The notes below the pieces were generated by a model that saw nothing but the letters and a program-made list of their open reading frames with translations, was not told the origin of the DNA and did no database searches. A DNA stretch of 64,000 bases from Octopus vulgaris (taxonomy: Eukaryota). The DNA lies in assembly GCA_951406725.2 (NCBI GenBank), contig OX597814.1:219170001-219234000 (forward strand), in the 5' to 3' direction. The position numbers and the translations under genes are program-made. Of this stretch, positions 26,580 through 38,071 are shown one piece after another. The first letter of the stretch is position 1; each line of letters starts with the position of its first letter.

Positions 26580-27120
26580 TAACTTAGAATAACTTAGAAA
26601 GGTTTTGGCCAGTATTGGCCCAGGCCATGTCTAACTTAATAGCACCACCTGGCGAAGTCTTTCAGTTCAGGATTTGGGCACCAAGGCCCATTCGAGCAGA
26701 GAGTTATTGTTTGCGGAGACATATCCGGGTGTGGGTGGTTTGTCCGGTACTGTTTGAAGGAATTTGTCCAAAGACTTCTTGAATTTTGTGTGGTCAGTTT
26801 CTTTTTTGACGTGCCCTGGTGTAATGTTGAAGAGAGCAGGTCCAATTGAGGTGAAATGGCAGTCCCACCCTTTCTTCTGCCAGCACGATCAGCACGAATG
26901 GTTTTGAAATTTTTAACTTTCACCTCGGCTTCCAAGTGGAGGTCACTAAGATGGGTTTCAGTGAGGACGAAGAAAGGGATGTGGTTTGGATGGGCCTCGA
27001 CCCAGTCCTCCAGGAATCTTATCTTCCATTTTTGTGTATTGGTGGAAGGGCTGATGCCTTGGGCATTAAGCAGAAATGTTGAGGCGAGAGTGGATGGTTT
27101 TAATTGTTTTGGTGATTTGT
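26580..27120 (-). mobile_element. Internally deleted CR1/L2-group LINE (APE N-terminus joined to ORF2 C-terminus)
   Basis: [26 protein letters not shown] is followed directly, in another frame, by [31 protein letters not shown]. Short tandem tail at 26580-26598. Confidence 0.7.
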
Positions 27121-27138
27121 TTATTTGATTGCTTTTTA

Positions 27139-27173
<35 letters not shown>

Positions 27174-27233
27174 TATATATACATGTATATATATATATAT
27201 ATATACACACATACAGGTATATATATATACATG

Positions 27234-27267
<34 letters not shown>

Positions 27268-27779
27268 TATATATACATGTGTATATATATATATATATAC
27301 ACACATACGTATATACATACATAAACAAGCACACACACACACACATACATATATATGATGGTAGGGGTCTCTGGAAGCAGCCTCAGGGAGTAGCGTCCCT
27401 GCCTTCCTGAGCTAGTTTTCCACCACATTTCTTAAAAACAATGGTAAGAGGCTTTGGTCTCGTGACCAATCTTGTCTAGAAACTGAGGTTGGGAGTAAGC
27501 AATGGCCTGCTTCCTCTAGAAGATCCAGATCTGAAAAAGCCTCTTGGTAATAGCAAAGGAGAATGCACACCAGCCAGCCCAGAGATTGGGGTGGGCTGCA
27601 CCTGCCTACCTCACAAAGGTGGGTGAAAGGAGGGTGCAAACCCTCACCCTGGGTTGCGCAAGCATGTCTTGCCTTATGATGGCTGATGGCCTGAGGAGAA
27701 GTTTGGGGTGAGGTTGTGGAAGTCATTTAAAGAAAGGTGTGTGACGAAGTGTGTGGAAGGATGAAAGGTAGGAGAGATT

Positions 27780-28115
27780 GAGGAGGAGATATGTGGTAGT
27801 AGAAGGAGGAGGAATCAGTGGAATGGCTGGCAAGGGCAAATGGAATGCGGTGGTATGGGCATGTGCTGAGGAGTGTGCTTGGGTTTAAGGTAAATGGATC
27901 GTGAAAGCGAGGTAGACCGAGGAAAACATAGAGGGGACAGGTGGAGGAGGAGGAGATTGAGGGGGTTGGCTTGAGGAGGGAGGCCGTGTAAAACTGGGAA
28001 GAAAGATGGTGAGATGATGTGAGGGTGGTTGTTATGGCATTGAGGTAGATATGGCCACCCCCCACTTAATGGGTACAAAACCCGGATTTAAAACACTGGA
28101 TGATGATGATGATGA
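27780..28115 (+). mobile_element. Decayed 3' end of another RTE-type LINE
   Basis: MRWYGHVLR..RGRPRKT with stop codons, ending in (GAT)n. Confidence 0.65.
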
Positions 28116-29727
28116 TACACAGGAGTGGCTGTGTGGTAAGTAGCTTGCTAACCAACCACATGGTTCCGGGTTCAGTCCCACTGCATGGCACCTTGGGCAA
28201 GTGTCTTCTGCTATAGCCCCGGGCCGACCAATGCCTTGTGAGTGGATTTGGTAGACGGAAACTGAAAGAAGCCTGTCGTATATATGTATATATATGTATG
28301 TGTGTGTTTGTGTGTCTGTGTTTGTCCCCCTAGCATTGCTTGACAACCGATGTTGGTGTGCTTACGTCCCCGTCACTTAGCGGTTCGGCAAAAAGAGACC
28401 GATAGAATAAGTACTGGGCTTACAAAAGAATAAGTCCCGGGGTCGATTTGCTCGACTAAAGGCGGTGCTCCAGCATGGCCGCAGTCAAATGACTGAAACA
28501 AGTAAAAGAGTAAAGAGTATACACACACACACATGTATACACACACGCACACTTATACACACACACACTGGAATGTATACTTTTTTCTGGTTCCCACCCC
28601 TGGGGTGTGACCATGCTTGTGCATCATTACCTTCAAGGGTTTCTTTAGACAGTGAAATCTCCCTCTTTCGTATGGTAACTTATTTTTTTTGACCTCAAAC
28701 ATAAAGTAGACTTCTGAAAACATTCATGTGAGGGGAGATAACTCGACCCTAACTACTAGACTGCATTTCTGATCAGATGCACGGATTCATGGATTACTCC
28801 AAAAACTTAAGCATTCACACACATATACACACTTACACACATTCCTATCTACCAATTTCCACTCAGAAATTGTATGTATGTGTGTTTCTTTGTTTGTTTG
28901 TGTGTGTATATATATATATAAAAAAAAACGCAGCCCCAAACTTCTGCTCTTTCATTCATTCATTCATCTAACAGATAAGTTGAATGCTTATTTATTATTT
29001 CACTTCCCCATCAATCATACATGCTTTCTTATCTATCTAACTATTTTTAACTAATTTCTATATCTATCTAATTATTTTAACTAATTTATCCATTACCCAT
29101 CTCGCCTCTCGTGTATTCATCAACCATCGTGTATTCGCGGTGCACCCGCCCTGCCCACTCCCACCACCAATACTGGATATCTCTATATTTTTGCTCCATC
29201 CATACCGGATGTCGCTTCTCCCACCACCATAATAGGTGTCTACTCTTCGAACCCCCTCTTCAATACGCTATTTCACCATGCATTACCCCTCTCTTGATAT
29301 CCTACGTTCTACTTGCCTAGAACCTGTCATCATTTCTCTGAACCACCCCTCCCCACTGGTGCTCCCCTATATTTCTACACCCCCCCCCCACATAAAAAAA
29401 GCACCATCCGAACGTGGCCGATGCCAGACCCCTCTGGCACCTGTGCAGGTGGCACGTAAAAAACACCCACTACACTCGCGGAGTGGTTGGCGTTAGGAAG
29501 GGCAGCCAGTTGTAGAAACTCTGCCAAACTAGACTGGAGCCTGGGGCAGTCCCTTGCTCCCCAGACCCCGGTCGAAACCGTCCAACCCGTGCTAGCGCGG
29601 AAAACGGACGTTAAACGATGATGATGATGATGATATATATATGTATGTATCATTATCACTATGGACTCTGTGTGGGCAGTCATCTAAAAGTTTTTGTTCG
29701 TCATGATGCTGACATAAGTTCCTTGTC

Positions 29728-29808
29728 TTTCCTGATGAGAAGGCGGCATAATGCACCCTTTATTCCTTCGGAATTAAGAATATGCAGTCTTCGAAACATA
29801 TGTCGAGA
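29728..29808 (+). ncRNA. Type I hammerhead ribozyme motif, canonical core with GUC cleavage site
   Basis: tttc-CTGATGA-gaaggcggcata...tatgcagtcttc-GAAA-catatg-TC-gaga. Stem II is closed by G-C; stem III is palindromic CATATG. Confidence 0.85.
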
Positions 29809-30600
29809 ATAAAGGAATTTTGTTAGATCGTCATTCGACTCCATTCTTTCATTTATCTATAGTAAAAGAACACAAAAAAACCCACAAATTTCCACACGAA
29901 AGCACGTGATTTATGCCCTTGGCATGTAGCTTCAACCGTGCTTTCTGACGTAAATTTGCTACCCGGGTATCGGTTAACCGAATTATCGATACTAGGATAA
30001 TTCATTCAACTACTTATATATATATATATGTATATGTAAAAAAATACAAACTGGGACAAGAACGCAAAACATTTAGAAAACGATACAAAAAACACGGACG
30101 GGACATTTGAAGCCTTCAATCTTCAGTCAAGAACCAGATCATCCTCGCAACTTCGGCTGAGAGAGAGAGAGATGTACTTGCATAGCAAGTGACCTGATCT
30201 GAGATCGTGTGCTGGAACAAAAACAATTGCAGTGTGGAAGGTGTTTATAATCCATTTAAGAAGCACACAAAGTCCGTTAGATTCACTTCAACATTTAAAT
30301 TTAATTCGCCAAAATATTTTCATTGCTTTCAGACCACGACCCATTCGCTGACAAAATATGCACACACACACACACATATATAGTTCAAATTTGCAGAAAA
30401 CAAAAGATAAAGACAGGTGTAGGAACAACAAGCAGGTGTATTAGGTTGATGCTTGGGGAAAATGGGAAAGTCTTTTATGTTTTGAAACTATGCTCTTTGA
30501 CAAAGGATTAAAGGTAAAAAATGGAGAGAGAATATAAAAAAAGCGGAGAGAGTAAAAAAGTGCAGAGATCAACATTCTAACATAGGTATATTCATACATA

Positions 30601-30995
30601 TCTTTATATATAAAAGTGAAGTTGTGTCTGTCTCCTACGATTTAGATTCCTAACTACTCCCACATTTTGCGGTGCAGTTTAACCAAAAGTGGGTATCTTA
30701 TAGTCGTGATTCATATCGAGCCCTTCTGGGTATTAGCGCGCATCTACGATGAGTCTACAATTAAAAAAAAATTTACCATCATTTTTTTCCATTTTAATGC
30801 ATTTTTTCGCTATTATATAAGGGAAGTAACTCTCTAAAAATGTCTACGATGAGTCAACGATTTAAAAAAATTTACCATCATTTGTTTTCCATTTTTAATT
30901 CCTTTTTTTTTGCTAATTTTTGGCTATAACTCTCTAAAAATGCTTATATAGTTATTTCCCTTATAAACCCGAGCTACGCCAGGTGATATTGCTAG
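30601..30995 (+). mobile_element. Non-autonomous Helitron, family 1, with internal duplication
   Basis: A|TC...hairpin-CTAG|T. The tctacgatgagtc...aatttaccatcattt block occurs twice. Confidence 0.78.
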
Positions 30996-31342
30996 TTTAA
31001 GTATAGAAACAGAAACATACATATATGTACATATGAGTGTACAGGTTTTGGAGATGTTTTTTTTAATGTTCAGTTATAATAAAAACAATTTTATATTAAT
31101 CTGATGGGCTACTCTGTACTTTTGTGGAGGACACATTTAATATTCTTAAGCAAGAATATCATTGGCTGTGGCTTTGAAGTTTCAACTTGCTTAAAAGTTA
31201 CTGTCAGTATTTTGGTTTAAAAATAAATACACATGCACACACACACACATATATATTATATTGGAGGAAAAACAAAAACCAAGGCAGAACGAGTATCTCA
31301 AGTCATTTAGAATAATTCAGTTAGGGTAAGGGGAATTTGAAT

Positions 31343-31427
31343 TTGTCTTACAGCTGTTTCTGAGATAAACCAAGTGAGATAACTTAAGTCCATGTCTGTG
31401 CACTGGCTATTCCATCATCAGAGACAA
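31343..31427 (-). ncRNA. Type I hammerhead ribozyme motif, intact core
   Basis: Minus strand reads ttgtct-CTGATGA-tggaatagccag...ttggtttatctca-GAAA-cagctg-TA-agacaa. Stem I is 6 bp. Confidence 0.8.
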
Positions 31428-31990
31428 GGTATAAATATTTTAGAAGGAGAAAAATCTACAGTTTATAAGGAATAAAATTCACAATTTAAAAGGAATAAAA
31501 TAGAAGAATAAAGAGCAAAAGTAGTTAGAAGAATATAGGCTGGAGAATAATGTTTACAACTCATCTTTTTACAGAAGAAAAAGGAATATGTTTACAGTTA
31601 AAATCTCAGGCAAATCCAGGCAGTATTTTGAATGCTGTATTCACATTGTAAATGCGTATATAGAGTGAGAAAGTATGATGGACATAAATGGGTTTTGTGA
31701 GTGGGTGTATGAGAGAAAAAGAGAGGAGAAAGGAATAAAAAGAAAGATCATGATAAAAGGACTTACCTGGGATAGTGGCAAATGGATTTACCTGGAATTT
31801 TAACTAAAAACCTTTACTTTCATGGATGTACCAACATCCATATGCTTTGGAAAAAGATGAGTTGTGAACATTATTCTCCTGCTTATATTCTTCTAACTAC
31901 TTTTACTCTTTATTCTTCTATTTTAATCTTTATTCTTCTATATTATTCCTTATAAACTGTAAATTTTCCCCCATCTACAATATTCATACT

Positions 31991-32068
31991 TTGTATCTGA
32001 TGACAGAATACCTAGTGCACGGACGTGTTAACCAACCACTTGGGTTATCTCAGAAACAGCTGTAAGAC
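31991..32068 (+). ncRNA. Type I hammerhead ribozyme motif (core intact, stems partly decayed)
   Basis: ttgtat-CTGATGA-cagaatacc...gggttatctca-GAAA-cagctg-TA-agac; paralogue of the 31343-31427 motif. Confidence 0.65.
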
Positions 32069-32298
32069 TTCAAATTCACCTTACCCTAATTAAATTATTC
32101 TAAATGACTTGAGATATTCATTGTGCCTTGGTTTTGATTTTTTTCTCTAATATAATATATACACGCTATAATGGAAGCCTTAGCTGTGATCTTGGAACCT
32201 AACAGCTGACCTACTGTAGCACTTATGCAGTGTACCTCTTCGTTTAGATCACAAGTGAACTAAACCCCTTATATTCTTTATACATACATACATATATG

Positions 32299-32678
32299 TG
32301 GAGGCGCAATGGCCCAGTGGTTAGGGCAGCGGACTCGCGGTCGTAGGATCGCGGTTTCGATTCCCATACCAGGCATTGTGAGTGTTTATTGAGCGAAAAC
32401 ACTTAAAGCTTCACAAGGCTCCTGCAGAGGGTGGGGGTGAACCCTGCTGTACTCTTTCACCATAACTTTCTCTTACACTTTCTTCCTGTTTCTGGTGTAC
32501 CTGTATTTCAAAGGGCCGGCCTTGTCACACTCTGTGTCACGCTGAATCTCCTCGAGAACTACGTTAAGGGTACACGTGTCTGTGGAATGCTCAGCCACTT
32601 GCACGTTAATTCCATGAGCAAGCTGTTCCGTTGATCGTATCAGCTGGGACCCTCATCGTTGTAACCGACGGAGTGCTC
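32299..32678 (+). mobile_element. tRNA-derived SINE family B
   Basis: Homologous over its full length to 14084-14466. Confidence 0.85.
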
Positions 32679-32683
32679 CTATA

Positions 32684-33717
32684 TGTGAGGGGATACCCAA
32701 AAGAAACCTGAATTTTGCAATATAATTTCATTCACTTAGTTTTACATGTTTACACTTTTATTGCCATCAAAGAATTCTTCATTTGAAGCAATGCATTAGT
32801 CCAGACATGTTTTCCACAATCCGAAGCAGTGCTGGAACTCTTGCAAAGTGATGCCTTTTAACAGTTCCGTTGTTCTTTTCTTCACCTCTTTCGCATTTGC
32901 AAATTCCGTAGCACCAGCTTTCATCACTAGTGATGACCTTCGAAAAAGGGTCCAGATCAACTTACGACTGTTCTTTCAGTTCATGACGCACATTCATTCA
33001 TGACTGCTTTTGATCTTCTGTGAGCAAGTGAGGCACAAATTTTGCTGCAACTCATTTAATTCACAATTTTTCACTCAAAATTCGTTGGTAGGAACTCCAG
33101 GACACACCAGTCATGTCAACAAGTTCGTCAATTGTTGACACACCAGTCATGTCAACAAGTTCGTCAATTGTTGACACACCAGTCATGTCAACAAGTTCGT
33201 CAATTGTTGACACACCAGTCATGTCAACAAGTTCGTCAATTGTTGACACACCAGTCATGTCAACAAGTTGGTCAATTGTTTGAGGATTCTTCTCCAAGAT
33301 CAATTCATGAATTTTCATGTCTTCATTTGTCCAGGAGGTTGATGGTTGTCCTGAATGAGATTGGTCTGCAAGCAACCATTCCAAAAGTGTGGTTTCCACT
33401 CGTAAACTTGTGTTTTGCTCATGGCAGCATCCTTGTAAGCTGTTTGAAGCATGACAACTGTTTTGGCCACTATTTTCCCCAGCAGAATAAAGAATTTCAT
33501 TGGAGCATCTTTTCAGCTATCGCAAAATTCAATGATCAGAGGAGGAGCTCTGCAAAACAAAGATGCACCACATGACAGTACAACATCTGTTGACCACTGT
33601 TGGTCAGCAGGCTGATGCCTGAGGGTCATATCAAGTGACTTCTAGTGGCAGAAGTCACTTGATATGACCCTTGTCCTATCAAGGAACATTTCCGGTTAGT
33701 TTTGGGTACCACCTTGT
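32684..33717 (-). mobile_element. Mariner relic with both TIRs
   Basis: TIRs gaggggatacccaaaagaaacctgaa / ttccggttagttttgggtaccaccttg. HTH remnant KFFILLGK..TVVMLQTAYKDAAMSKTQVYEW. Confidence 0.8.
33101..33280. repeat. 36-bp tandem repeat, 5 copies, inside mariner transposase relic
   Basis: gacacaccagtcatgtcaacaagttcgtcaattgtt x5; encodes TIDELVDMTGVS on the - strand. Confidence 0.95.
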
Positions 33718-34157
33718 ATATATATTTCTGTGCATCTTTGCATGTGTATGTATGTATGCCCTCCACACACACACACACACACACGCAAGCTCAGTATAAC
33801 AGTGCAAACCCACCATCTCAAAAACCTTGATACACATATGTATATCTATGTATGTGTGTGTTTCTGTACTTATATATGCATGTATATACCTGTGTATTTA
33901 TGTAAGTATGTATAAGAATCTATGTATGTGTGTGTGTGAGTATATATCTATTGTGCCAATTACAAGAACTGGAAAAGATATATATATATATATATATATA
34001 TATATCTTTTCCAGTTCTTGTAATTGGCTATATTGTATAAAGAATTATGGAGGTAATCACTTATGGTGTCCTCTTCTCCAGAAACAGAGAATGGTCGAGC
34101 AAGATGTTAGCAACCTTTTCTCATAAGAAATAAATAAATAAAAAATAACAAAAAATA

Positions 34158-35502
34158 TGGCCCTGCTCGATCTGTAGAAAAGGTGTAGGTAGAAACTCTA
34201 TAAGATGTACCCAGTGTAAGCTATGGACACATAAGAGGTGCAGCAATGTCAAAGGTAGGCTAACTGGGAAGATAGTTTTTGTATGTGGCAGGTGCTCTGG
34301 AGCATTGACCTCCGAAAATCTGCAGAAAACAACTTCTGTCACTTTCCGGGGGGAAAAACTAGAAGTAGTTGATAGCTTCCGCTATCTAGGTGACCAAGTC
34401 AGTAGTGGGGGTGGGTGCGCTGAAAGTGTAACTGCTAGAATAAGAATAGCCTGGGCAAAGTTTAGGGAGCTCTTACCTCTGCTGGTGACTAAAGGCTTCT
34501 CGCTCAGAGTAAAAGGCAGACTGTATGATGCATGTGTACGAACAGCTATGCTACATGGCAGTGAAACATGGGCCGTGACTGCTGAGGACATGCGTAAGCT
34601 AGTGAGGAACGAAGCCAGTATGCTCCGATGGATGTGTAATGTCAGTGTACTTACTCGACAGAGCGTTAGTACCTTGAGAGAAATGTTGTACCTAAGAAGC
34701 ATCAGTTGTTGTGTGCAAGAGAGACGATTGCGCTGGTATGGTCATGTGGCGAGAATGGATGAAGATAGGTGTGTGAGAAAGTGCCAATCCCTAGCAGTTG
34801 AGGGAACCCGTGGAAGAGGTAGACCCAGGAAAACCTGGGACGAGGTGGTGAAGCACGACCTTCGGACGTTAGGTCTCACCATGGAAATGACTAGAGACCG
34901 AGACCTATGGAAGTATGCTGTGCGTGAGAAGACCCGGCAAGACTAGTGAAGCCATAATCCGTGGCCCCTACCTGGGACATAGCCAGTCCACCTGTGCATA
35001 CCTTCCTTCTTGTGACACTTGTGAAGACCTGTTGAGGCAAGTGAGAATCGAATCGTATCGAATCAAATTGAACCAAATCAAAATAGATGAACATCAATGG
35101 AATTTGTATCCTTGTGGTACCAGTGCCGGTGGCACATAAGAAAACCATCCGAACGTGACCGTAGCCAGTACCGCAATGACTGGCCTCCGTGCTGAGGGCA
35201 CGTAACAAACACCATCCGAGCGTGGCCGTCCGCCAGCCTCGTCTGGCACCTGTGTCGGTGACACATAAGAAAACACCATCCGAGCGTGGCCGTCTGCCAG
35301 CCTCGTCTGGCACCTGTGTCGGTGGCACATAAAATCACCCACTACACTCTCGGAGTGGTTGGCGTTAGGAAGGGCATCCAGCTGTAGAAACACTGCCACA
35401 TCTGACTGGCCTGGTGCAGCCTTCGGGCTTCCCAGACCCCAGTTGAACCGTCCAACCCATGCTAGCATGGAAAGCGGACGTTAAACGATGATGATGATGA
35501 TG
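34158..35502 (+). mobile_element. RTE-clade LINE 3' portion: PHD finger, C-terminal ORF to 34946, repeat-containing 3' UTR, (GAT)n tail
   Basis: FRYLG, RLRWYGHVARM and RGRPRKTW motifs. First ~75 nt match 63927-64000. Ends ggacgttaaac(gat)n. Confidence 0.92.
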
Positions 35503-36759
35503 ACCTGATATTGGGACTATCTGTAGATGGATTTGTCTACAGAATCATGGAATGGAAGTTTTGAAGAATTTGTGAACATTATTTTCCCTGTGCTGCATGT
35601 ATGAAAACAACACCAAGTTTAAGCCGATTGTCATAACAGATTTCCTCGTGTCACTTTTTGAACTGTGTATTTCTTCCTCTGCTTTGTGCCATCACAAATC
35701 AGACCTTTGTTCTTTGGAAGCATTTTTTTAAAATAATGAATTTTATAAAACTGTTTTATTCTCTATCCCTCTTCTACTAACCCCCTTGCTCTTATCCCCT
35801 TAGTTCACTCCTATTACTCTCCATTCTGTCACCCTCTCACACTAGTTATTTCCCCTTTATTCTCTCTTTTATTACCCTCTTGTTCATGTTTCTATTCAAT
35901 CTCCTTAGCAATAACCATCATGTAGCTGCTTTTTAGTTTTTGTCTTTTGTATTCAGTCCTCTTACCAACAACCATCATCTAGCTCTGTCACTCACTCAAT
36001 CTCTTTCTCATTATTCTTGCTCTTTATCACTCTTTCACTCTGGCTTCCTTTGTTTATGCTGTCTCTTATCACCTTTTTGCTCCCATCACTTTAGTCCGCT
36101 TCTGTGACTCTCTCTCTTCTTTAATCTTGTCAGATACGAGACAACCTCTCCGCATCGATAAATGATGTATAGTTAGAGAGTACTCTTTAGTCATGCCAGG
36201 GACAAGTTAACCTCTCCAATGCCGCTTCCACCACCAGAAGCACTGTGTGGGAGGCAGTAGGAATGACACCCAGCTGTAATAACCACGACAAAAATAGAAT
36301 GTATTGGAATTTATGAATGAGATTGAGATGTGATCCACAATGTATCCAGAAAGTCAGTAACTTTGAATAAGGACTGACTTGGAATGGAACGAGATATCCA
36401 ACCCATGCTGGCATGGAAAAATAGACGCAAATTGTCAATGAAGATATATTGTTGATTGCTAGTTTGCCTGCAGATCAAATTTCATCTCCCTGGGTTTTTT
36501 TCATATTCCTTCTCATCAGTGAATTAAACATATATATATCACTTGTTTGTGACATTATTTTGATTTGCTTAGTTTTCTTTCTCATTGCATTAACTTACAT
36601 ATATTGCTTGAACATTCAGTCTGTTCTGGCCTTGCTGTTTCTTCTTAAGGCTATTCTAGTATTCCTTAAGAATAATTGTTACCCAGGAGATACATTGAGG
36701 GCCATAGGTAAATTGAGTGAAGGTGGTGACTTATTGGCTAATTAGTACATTGTATATAA

Positions 36760-37095
36760 TAATAAATAATAAATAAAAAAAAAAACATTGTGTACAGTGC
36801 TCAGGTGCACTACAACTCATCTAAAGTGTATGTATAATCAGGTGTAGTTTCGGCGGATTTCGGAAAGCATGAGGGCCTTAAAGGATGCAGTGTCATGGCA
36901 GTCAACAACTGACGCAGGCAGTTTGTTCCATGCTTCAGCAACTCTGAGCGTGAAAAAATGTTTCCGAAAGTCATGGGAGCTGTATTGTTTTCTGACTTTG
37001 TAGGCATGTCCACGTGTGTTAGACACATGGAGATCAAAAAGGTGTTCAGTGTTGTTGTTGGTGAGGTGGTTGATAACTTTGTGGGTGTTTACCAT
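36760..37095 (-). mobile_element. CR1-clade LINE 3' fragment
   Basis: NTRGHAYKVRKQ..RKHFFTLRVAEAWNKLPASVV motif. Confidence 0.85.
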
Positions 37096-38031
37096 TGCTA
37101 GATTAGTCCATCAAATTATAAATAAGCCCCTTATACTAGTATAGCATTCCATAGTCAATGATAATACTATTAACTGATTTTGAAGCTTAAAATCTCTCGC
37201 CCACTACTTTACTGCTGAGAGAGGCTTATGTAAAATATTTGATTACTATGCAAGGAAGAATATATCCAAAAATTCAATGAACACCTGACTACCAGAGTTT
37301 AACTAACATGGTGGGGGAAATTGATGTTAATTTGCTTTTCTCTGTAAATCAGAATCAGAATGTAGATAACGTAAAATAATTAGTATATCATTAGTTGTGA
37401 TTAGGGACTATATCAAAAAAATGCATCCGATTCTATGATGAAATTAATTATTAAATACATTACCAAAATGCTTTAAAATATACAAAGATACAAGGCGCAG
37501 GAGTGGCAGTGTGGTAAGTAGCTTGCTAACCAACCACATGGTTCCGGGTTCAGTCCCACTGCGTGGCATCTTGGGCAAGTGTCTTCTGCTATAGCCCCGG
37601 GCCGACCAATGCTTTTTGAATGGATTTGGTAGACGGAAACTGAAAGAAGCCTGTCGTATATATGTATATATATATATGTATGTGTGTGTGTGTTTGTGTG
37701 TCTGTGTTTGTCCCCCCTGGCATTACTTGACAACCGATGCTGGTGTGTTTACGTCCCCGTCACTTAGCGGTTCGGCAAAAGAGACCGATAGAATAAGTAC
37801 TGGGCTTACAAAGAATAAGTCCCGGGGTCGATTTGCTCGACTAAAGGCGGTGCTCCAGCATGGCCAGAGTCAAATGACTGAAACAAGTAAAAGAGTATGA
37901 CTGTGTGGTTAAGAAGCTTCAGGTTCCATTCCACTGAATGGTATATGGGCAAGTGTTTTCTATGATAGAACTAGGTTAACCAATACTGAGTGGATGGATT
38001 TGGTTGATGGAAGCTGAAAGAAACCCATCAC

Positions 38032-38071
<40 letters not shown>

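Larger units (their letters stand above)
31252..32160. mobile_element. Penelope-like ORF-less element with ~280-bp diverged inverted arms, each carrying a hammerhead
   Basis: About 31252-31535 is the diverged reverse complement of about 31885-32160. Both ends are TA-rich. Confidence 0.7.

Noticed and set aside
30165-30358. Repeat shared with ~3845-3990 that has a GAAA-flanked hairpin on the - strand
   Set aside because: It is a real dispersed repeat, but no CUGANGA core or UH site could be placed, so it was not counted as a ribozyme.
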